DNA from: Bacteroidota bacterium
Lineage (GTDB): Bacteria > Bacteroidota > Bacteroidia > Palsa-948
Length of the DNA: 54,142 nucleotides
NCBI GenBank assembly: GCA_023251625.1
Contig: JAHEYK010000003.1
Span: forward strand, 1,380 to 55,521
Direction: 5' to 3'
Shown here: piece after piece, positions 8,801-16,200 of the stretch
How the letters are laid out: each line of letters begins with the position of its first letter
Position numbering within the stretch: position 1 is the first letter of the stretch
Made by a program: the position numbers and the translations under genes
Notes under the pieces: generated by a model
What the model saw: the letters and a program-made list of their open reading frames with translations, nothing else
Told to the model about the DNA's origin: nothing
Database searches by the model: none

Positions 8801-11800
8801 TCCGCAAATAGTTATGTTTGAACCTGCATTTGCTACGGTTGGAGAGGGTGTTACAGTGATCGTATATGTGTTTTGAAATATATTATTATTGGTAGCGCCA
8901 TCATCTACCTTAACAGTAATTACCGATGTACCCGATTGACCATTAACAGGTGTAGCAGAAACTGTGGCGGTTGAAGCAGGACTTGTATAGGTCACTGAAA
9001 TATTTCCGTTAGGGATCAGTGCCGTGTTACTGGAGGTTGCTGTAACCACCAATGTTTGACTTTCTCCTCCTGAATTAATGCTTGTTACCGTATTAGTTAA
9101 TGCGCCTGGGCTCTGACAAACCGCAGCCGGACTGGTGTTAGTGATGGTGAATGTTGGAGGGTAGTTCAGAGTAGTTGCTGAATTAGACCCATACGGATTG
9201 GTCAGGTAATTTGAAGTGCATCCGGTACCATTGCATTCATATACATATACATTATAACTGGTGTTGGATGATAATCCTGACACGACTACAGAACTTGCAT
9301 TGCTATTCATTACAATTTTATTCCCGGCACCAAGATCAGGGGCCAGTGAATAGTTATTATCAAATGAATAACTCACTCCATCAGAAGGAAATATCTGAGG
9401 TGATGAGGATGGCTTCACAACAACAAGCCTGGTTGAGCCTCCCCCACCCGCAACCGTTAATGAAACAGTAAATGTTGTTTGAGTAGCTGCGGTAACAGAA
9501 ACCGAAGAAGTTGCGATCGGCTGTCCCAGAAGCGCATTGATCGTGTTATTATAGATGTAATAATTTGCATTGCCGTTAGAGGCGACAATATCTGTTTTTC
9601 CATCCATTGAAAAATCATCGGCACTGAGGTAATAAGAAATCAATCCGGAACCGGCATAATCCGTTCTTCCAGGAAATGTAAATGCAGGCGAAGTTTGCTG
9701 AAATACTGAAATACTTCCTGAAAGTGCAGAACCACTTATAATATCATTTTTGTTATCCCCATCAAGATCGTTTACAACAATTCCATAGGTAGCACTATTA
9801 AGCGCAGCATAGTTGTATTGTGTAGAAAAATTAGCAGCTGTAATTGCACCTCCGACATTTTGGTTCCTGCAAACACGAACAAAACTTGTAGATAAGCCCG
9901 CACACACATCCGGTCTTCCGTCACTGTCAATATCACCGGCTGTCACACATAACACATTAGCCCCTGCCGCAAGCGGTACAGCAGTCATAAACGCCAAACT
10001 CCCGGTTGTACTATTGTTTTGAAAGAACACAACATTATTATTCGTTCTATCTGCAACAACTATATCAATTTTTCCATCCGCATTGAACTCTGCCACATCA
10101 AGAGAAGCAGCATCACTTAAAGCAGGAAGATCAAGGCGAGGGGCAAAACTGATCAACCCTTTCGAACTTGTATTCAGATAAACCGAAACAATTCCACCAG
10201 CGTGGCCAGCCACCAGATCGAGTTTACCGTCTTTATCAAAATCTGCAAGGCGCAAAGCACCGGGAGAAGCAGAGGATGGTATTTGGATTTTTGTTGCAAA
10301 GGAAACAGAACCCGAACTACTGAGGTTCCTGAAAATATCAATGGTTGAAATTCCTCCCGATCCATTACAGCCTACAAGCACATCGGGTTTATTATCACCG
10401 TCCAGATCGCCTGTTGTTATGTGGGTTGGACTTGTATTGGTAGCGTAATTGACAGCAGCAGCCCAGCCCAGCGCACCATTAGCACTTTGATTGAGCGATA
10501 CCGAGAAGTTAGCACTTGAATTATCTACAACTAAAAGATCGGATTTTCCATCTCCATCTATATCTTTCGCTACAGTACCGTTTCTGACAGCACCGGTTGT
10601 ATATGTACTGGCCGTAAAAGCTCCGGCATTGATCGTTCCTCCGCATTCAATGACCACAAACGGATTGCGTGAAGTTCCTGTAACAGAATTTACCTCTACC
10701 GATACAGGGACATAGTTTGCACAATAAGGAACAAGAACTACCAGTTGTGCCGTGTTTGCCGAAAGTACAATTGCTTTTGTAGCGCCAAAATAAACCGTAT
10801 TGTTTGCTGCTACAGGATCAAAATTAGTTCCGGTAATAGTAACCTGTGTGCCTACCGTTCCGTAGGTTGGCGAAAAACTAACAGTAGGGACAGGCTGAGC
10901 AGTGGTTTGAACATCTCCCATGAGATAGGTAGACGTTAAATAATTATAATAGGTGCTCGTATAACCAAACTCAGCAATTACAAAATCATAATAAGTACCG
11001 GGCGTTAAACCGGTAACAGTTACCGAAGAGGGGCTACTCCACTGCACGGTATAATATTTATTTCCGATTGGCGCACCGGATTGAAAATTAGTATTGGGAG
11101 CATAGTATGTAAAATCAACAGGGAGATCAACCACCGCACCGGATTTTACCCAACCGCTTGTGCCGGTGAAAGAGGATGCAGCCGCAGTTGAATTAAAATT
11201 AGTCAGCGTTCCCTGAAACAAAGGAGCATAAAGTGAACCGTTTGACGCAACAGAAGAGGCGGCAAACCCTTCATTCAAACTCCAGGATGCAACCAGCCCT
11301 GCTTCGTTTCCCAGCATGGATTTATTCATATTGCTTCGGATGAATACGTAGGATTGGGCGATATTCCAAACCCTCACTTCATCTATATATCCGTTAAAAT
11401 AGGTTCCTGCAGTGGGAGTAGTTCCAGTTCCAGGCTCTACCCCTATCATGAAATTATTTGCGTAGCTATAATCGATGGGATAATTGCCTCCGGCATCATC
11501 TGAAACTTTATTTGCACCATCTACATATACCGTAGAGTAGCGCCCGTCATAGGTCAACGCAAAATGATGCCAGCCCGGCAAAAGATAAGATGCATCATAA
11601 CTAAGATAAGCTGTACTTCCGTTCCTCCTTATATCCGCATAAATATAATTTCCTGATGTAAACAATATGTATCCACCACCATAATAATTACCTGCCATCA
11701 CTTGTGTACCAACAGAACTTGCCCAATTGGCCTTATATGCCCATGCTTCCACGGTAAGTGCGCTAGTTGGCTGAAGTGCTGCATTATATGGAACATTTAC

Positions 11801-13135
11801 ATAATCATCTACTCCATCAAAAGCAAGGGCCGTTTGAATTCTGGATTGGCGAACCCCTACTGCCCTGTATGGACCATTTCCGTTGGTCCAACTTGCCGTA
11901 ACCTGATTGGTTTGCACACCTGAAAAAATAAGGTTGCTTGCAGCCGTTGTAGGTTCAACAGGCAATGTGTATTTGCTTCCTGTGAGAGAAGATCCTGCAT
12001 AATTATTTGTTGCATTAAAAGTTCCCGCACCTCCGTTATATTCAACGACCCTTACATAATAGTTTGTATTGCTGGTAAGCCCGGTAACACGCACGGTATT
12101 GGAAGATCCCATATAGACCACATAGGAACTTCCGATAGGAGATCCGCTACCAAATGTGGAACTTGCTGAATAATTAGTACCCGATACAGGGGCATCTGCT
12201 GAAGTAGATGCGCGCATCGTAACGATCACATTGGACCCTGCCCCTGAAGTAGGCCTTACCCAATGTAAGGTCATTGCATTATCCGTAACATCGGTCATAT
12301 AGGAGTATGTGCAATTTCCTGTTGGTTGTGTTGCAAGCGTGGTGAATCCCTTTTGCGGGTAGCCGACTTTATAATAATTCTGCTGGCCACTGAGTCCGTT
12401 ATAAGTAAAACAGTTTGCCACATAATCAGTAGCAGGAGCGCAACCCGTTATATAGATCGAAGACCATGCTGAAATATGCACAACATAGGAATAAGGAGAC
12501 GTACCTAATATGTCACCCGACCCAAAAGATAAATTAGCCGTGTAAGGCGTTCCATCCGTAGGCTGAGCGGTGTTAGTTGTAGATGACTGTTTTACCGTTG
12601 TCAGGTTATAAGCGCCATTGCCCAGTGTCCAGTAAATATTGGCTCCTGAAGGAGTAATACTTCCAACATTAAGATTTGTAACCTGTACTGTAGGAGGTGT
12701 TGTAAGTGTATAATGACTTCCGGTTTCATAACTGGTTGTCAGGTAATAAGGAGGAAATATATATGGCCAATTACTTGCGGTACTAAATTCGTAGATAACT
12801 ACTGTATACTGAGTCCCAAGAGTTAATCCGTTTACAAAAAGTGATGTCCCTGTGCCCTTATAAACAACATAACTGTTATTTCCCAAATATGATCCTGCTC
12901 CGTAAGTGCCGCCACCCCCTGAATAGGTAGTTCCATCTGTTGGATGGGTAATGCCGCTGGAGGATGGCCTCACTACCACCAAACAAGAATTTCCGTTTCC
13001 TCTTGTCCATGAGATATTAAAATTTTGCTGGCTGATGCCAGAAAATGTGAGGTTATTTGGAGGAACTGTCGGATCCTGGGCAAAGCCGGTTACAAAAAAT
13101 AAAGCAGAAACAATAAACAGAAAAATTTTTTTCAT
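5816..13135 (-). CDS. Giant multidomain T9SS-secreted surface adhesin (about 2439 aa)
   Basis: The likely start is MKKIFLFIVSALFFVTGFAQ (ATG 13135-13133).
Domains called by eye:
- Several Fn3-like modules.
- LamG (about 11350-11830; ALAFDGVDDYVNVPY...YIDEVRVWN).
- IPT/TIG (about 10700-10900).
- About 7 FG-GAP/VCBS repeats (9560-10580; DIDGDGKSDLL, DLDGDNKPDVL and others).
- One PKD domain (about 8330-8560).
- Six Cys-containing PKD-like repeats (about 6670-8300).
- The shared stalk module (about 6060-6670).
- A type-A T9SS CTD (VYPNPSSGSFMLEL...GVYQVRV...KKIIIQ). Confidence 0.9.
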   Translation of the reverse strand: MKKIFLFIVSALFFVTGFAQDPTVPPNNLTFSGISQQNFNISWTRGNGNSCLVVVRPSSSGITHPTDGTTYSGGGGTYGAGSYLGNNSYVVYKGTGTSLFVNGLTLGTQYTVVIYEFSTASNWPYIFPPYYLTTSYETGSHYTLTTPPTVQVTNLNVGSITPSGANIYWTLGNGAYNLTTVKQSSTTNTAQPTDGTPYTANLSFGSGDILGTSPYSYVVHISAWSSIYITGCAPATDYVANCFTYNGLSGQQNYYKVGYPQKGFTTLATQPTGNCTYSYMTDVTDNAMTLHWVRPTSGAGSNVIVTMRASTSADAPVSGTNYSASSTFGSGSPIGSSYVVYMGSSNTVRVTGLTSNTNYYVRVVEYNGGAGTFNATNNYAGSSLTGSKYTLPVEPTTAASNLIFSGVQTNQVTASWTNGNGPYRAVGVRQSRIQTALAFDGVDDYVNVPYNAALQPTSALTVEAWAYKANWASSVGTQVMAGNYYGGGYILFTSGNYIYADIRRNGSTAYLSYDASYLLPGWHHFALTYDGRYSTVYVDGANKVSDDAGGNYPIDYSYANNFMIGVEPGTGTTPTAGTYFNGYIDEVRVWNIAQSYVFIRSNMNKSMLGNEAGLVASWSLNEGFAASSVASNGSLYAPLFQGTLTNFNSTAAASSFTGTSGWVKSGAVVDLPVDFTYYAPNTNFQSGAPIGNKYYTVQWSSPSSVTVTGLTPGTYYDFVIAEFGYTSTYYNYLTSTYLMGDVQTTAQPVPTVSFSPTYGTVGTQVTITGTNFDPVAANNTVYFGATKAIVLSANTAQLVVLVPYCANYVPVSVEVNSVTGTSRNPFVVIECGGTINAGAFTASTYTTGAVRNGTVAKDIDGDGKSDLLVVDNSSANFSVSLNQSANGALGWAAAVNYATNTSPTHITTGDLDGDNKPDVLVGCNGSGGISTIDIFRNLSSSGSVSFATKIQIPSSASPGALRLADFDKDGKLDLVAGHAGGIVSVYLNTSSKGLISFAPRLDLPALSDAASLDVAEFNADGKIDIVVADRTNNNVVFFQNNSTTGSLAFMTAVPLAAGANVLCVTAGDIDSDGRPDVCAGLSTSFVRVCRNQNVGGAITAANFSTQYNYAALNSATYGIVVNDLDGDNKNDIISGSALSGSISVFQQTSPAFTFPGRTDYAGSGLISYYLSADDFSMDGKTDIVASNGNANYYIYNNTINALLGQPIATSSVSVTAATQTTFTVSLTVAGGGGSTRLVVVKPSSSPQIFPSDGVSYSFDNNYSLAPDLGAGNKIVMNSNASSVVVSGLSSNTSYNVYVYECNGTGCTSNYLTNPYGSNSATTLNYPPTFTITNTSPAAVCQSPGALTNTVTSINSGGESQTLVVTATSSNTALIPNGNISVTYTSPASTATVSATPVNGQSGTSVITVKVDDGATNNNIFQNTYTITVTPSPTVANAGSNITICGSATNLAGNDPSSGGIGTGGWSFIYKSGSSTQAIQTPSAYNSQLNTMAVLDSVRLAWTISNAPCPASVSQVSVKRNNCPMTADFIANQTNFCGTNTTVSFSDLSFSGGNTIIDWTWSFPGGTPSTYTTSIGTNPPPITYSTPGIYSVSLTITSNIPSSSSNGKSGYINLTALPGTATTISGPATVCQGQTGITYSVTPISGATTYSWSVPSGGTIIGAATSNTISVSFSNSAVAGNISVTGHNSCGDGTTYNQAIAMNNLPGATGVISGPTSACQSATGVVFTTGAISGASTYTWTLPPGASITGGLNTNSITVSFSNSATDGTIDVMGQNSCGVGTSSSAYGFSIDSLPVPAGIISGNTTVCPGDTVVYGIASLQYANTYSWTLPSGVSIVGSANTGTVTVAYSIAAASGNISVKGVNTCGSGTASTQSVTVNPLPSAATAILFNSGNTTVCAGSPATISAFVSSIPNATTGYNWILPAGFILNSGANTNNIIMSISPTAASGTISVNGINGCGDGVASSVAVTVSPLPGLANTITGSATVCQTQSGVVYTVPAIANATGYSWSLPQGASIASGLNTNTITVDYSATADTGFVTVTGTNGCGNGLSTDSFAVTVNPLPDPAGAITGASTISICPVQIGVSYSVTPVNHATGYIWVLPTGAVIASGNNTNAVLVNYSDSALTGNVMVTPTNACGSGTPSMLAVTVDTLISQNICAVTVDSTSKMNVIVWEKPVSTTIDSFRIYREIASTFTYIGNTKYSSQSQYVDSTIGVNPNITAYKYKVSTVDVCGNESPLSSFHRTIHLAVTPASPCGYNLTWNDYIGFPITQYRIMRDTGTGVYHPVDSVSFGNNAWTDTKCYLITDTIGYYIEVDHPGSACVVSIKHGPDPMTSNLNLSKSNVNRIADTTVTAVPGVNDSYVVSVYPNPSSGSFMLELNNGMDRAEVKIFNMMGEELRIMEALDRSKKLLINMAGYAKGVYQVRVTSGHTIINKKIIIQ

Positions 13136-13220
13136 CGGTATAAATTTAGTGCACCTAAACAGAAAACCACTTACAGAAATTTGTAAATGGTTTTCTGAAA
13201 AGATATTCATTATGCTTCTT

Positions 13221-16200
13221 TTATTCTATAACTATTTTTCGGGTTGCTATATTATTTGAAGATGATATCTGAACATAGTAAACACCTTGGGGCTGTTTGC
13301 TCAAATCCACTGTGACCTTGTTCCGATATATGGATTGATTCATGGTCTTCACCTCTTCACCAAGCACATTGAACACTTTTATAGAAGGCGTGTTATTGGC
13401 CTGGTTCTTGAGATCGATGACAAACATTCCATGGGTCGGGTTCGGATAGATATTAAGAATGATATCATTTTTAATCTCCCCGACTGATTGTCCGGTAGTA
13501 TCCCTGATCCTGTTGATATTTGATTTGGACAAGTTCAGATTTGATGTCATCGGATCCGGACCTTTTACAATGGACACCACACAACCGGTCGGATGATCAG
13601 TTTCGATCATATAGGCCACTGTGTCTGGATAATGACGGGTATCTGTCCAAGTGAGCGGACTACCGTATGCTACAGAGTCCCTCGCTTTCCAAGTTCCATT
13701 ATTCAAAGAGTCAACCATAACACGATACTGCGTGATAGGGAATCCCAAATAATCATTCCAAGACAAGTTAAAACTGTTGGGCGGAGCCGCTACGCTAACC
13801 TGAAGATGGATGGTTTGATGCAAAGGACTAAACACGCTGATGTTTCCACATTTATCAAGTGCCCTGATCTCATATTTGTACGCCTGTACATTGGGATTCA
13901 CACCGTTTGTATTATCTGTGAATGTGCTTAACGCAGCATAAGCCACACCGCCTACATAGGTGTATATCGTAGCAATATTTCTGTAAACTAAAAAGCTGTC
14001 GATATTGGTTACAACAGGTTTTTCCCATACGATCACATTCTTTTTAGAAGTACTGTCAACCGTGATCGCACAGATATTTATCGGAGTAACTGTAGAAACA
14101 ACAGAAGTTGTACCCGAAGCCGTGCAGCCTTTGCTGTCAGTGACGGCAACCGTATAACCGCCGAGGGCAAGGCCAACAGCCGTTTGTGCTGTTTGCGATC
14201 CGGCAGACCACAGATAACTGAAAGGTGCATTGCCGCCCGTCATATTTGCAGTGGCTGTTCCATCGTTGTTTCCGCAAGTTGCACCTGTATTGGTTACAGA
14301 AGCCGAAAGTACTGCGGGCTGTGAGATATTATATGTTCTCACACTCAAACAGTTGGCTTTATCCTTGATCGTAACTATATATTGTCCGGCAGTCAATCCG
14401 GTTACATCTTGAGTGAATGCGCTGTTACTCCAGGTATACAGATAAGGAGATGTGCCTCCTGTTACTGTTTGATCAACAGCTCCGTTACTTCCACCAAAAC
14501 AACTTACGTTTGTAATTACAGCGGTTACATTGGGAGCATTTGAGTTACTAAGACTTATTACACCCACATTCGTACAGCCTTTTGCATCTGTAACGGTTAC
14601 CGTATAACTTCCTGCCGGAAGGCCGGTGGCAGTTTGGGTGGTTTGACTAGCAGCACCTGCATCCCATTGATATGTATAGGGGCTGGTACCTCCCGATGCA
14701 GAGGAAGCAGCGCTTCCATCGAGGTTTCCGCAGGTAGGAGCAACAGATGTATTTGTTGCTACCACGATTGCAGTTGGTTCTGACACAGAGGTATTGAATG
14801 TTGCCTTACAACTTCCGTTATCAGTTACAAGCACAGAATACGTCCCTGCTGCGAGGCCGGTCGGGTCTTCAACCGTTGAACCATTGGACCATGCATAGTT
14901 GTACGGTGGAGTTCCGCCGGCAACTGTAATATTTATAGAACCATTGGCACCTGTATTGCACGAAGCATTTGTCACAGATGTTAATGTAACCACAGCTGAA
15001 TTTGCTTCACTCACACTTACATTGGTAGTGGATGTACAACCTTTTGAATCAGTCACCTGAGCATTATACATACCCAGCGCAAGTCCGACAGCAACAGAAG
15101 ACGTATTTCCTGATGCCCATGAATAGGTAAAAGGAGCCGTGCCACCACTGGTAATAGTCACGGTAGCTGTTCCGTTAGATAATCCGCAACCGGCCGGAAA
15201 TGTAGTACTTCCTAAAACAATAGGAGCCGGACTAGAAATGCTGACCGACTTTGTAGAAGAACATCCCAAAGCGTCCGTAACAGATACATTATATTGACCT
15301 GCCGATAAACCTGTAGCAGTTGTAGTAGTTTGTCCGTTCGTCCACATATATGTATAAGGCAACTGACCATTCGAAACAGAAATAGTTGCACTTGCATTGG
15401 TACTATTGATACACGTAGGCGGAACGGTTCCTGTTACAGCAATTGCAGGGCCACCTACTCCTGTAACATTTACAGATTTAGAATACGTAGCCGAATTTCC
15501 GCAGCCGTTGGTAATGATCACACTTGCCACATAAACTCCCTGAGAAGAAAATATGTGTGATACAGTTGGAGAGGAAGTAGTCAACTGCGGACTTCCATCA
15601 CCAAAATTCCATTTATATGTTTTACCACCGAATCCGATAAAATCAACCGGAGCGCAGGTGGTAAACGGAGGCGGAGAAGTAGACATGTCTCCGCTTACCT
15701 GTAAATTACCTCCAACTGTTACAACCTGAGTGCCTGTTACACTATTGCCGCAACTATTCGTAAGCGTAAGAGAAACAGTATACGTTCCATTAGCAGCAAA
15801 AGCGTGTTTGATTATTGTAACTGGATATGTACCACCATCACCGCCAAGAATAACCATATGTTCTGTAGCAGTTCCGGTAACTCCATCACCAAAGTTCCAA
15901 AGATTGTTAGGGCAAGATCCCATGAAATAAAAAATAACCGCATCGCCCGCACAACCTACAGATGAGTTCCCGCCTCCCCCGTGATCACTCCCGGGGAATC
16001 CCCAGATAGGATCTTGGCTACCACCGGGCATATACAGGCTGGGGGTTGCGTTATTTTTAACTGTGTCAACCATGGTTACGGTTTTAGTTTGGCCACAACC
16101 ATTCGTAGCAATAACACTTACTGTATAATTTCCTACTGTAGTGTACGTATGAGTAGCACCTGTTCCTGTAGTGGTATCCTTACCTCCATCACCAAAATTC

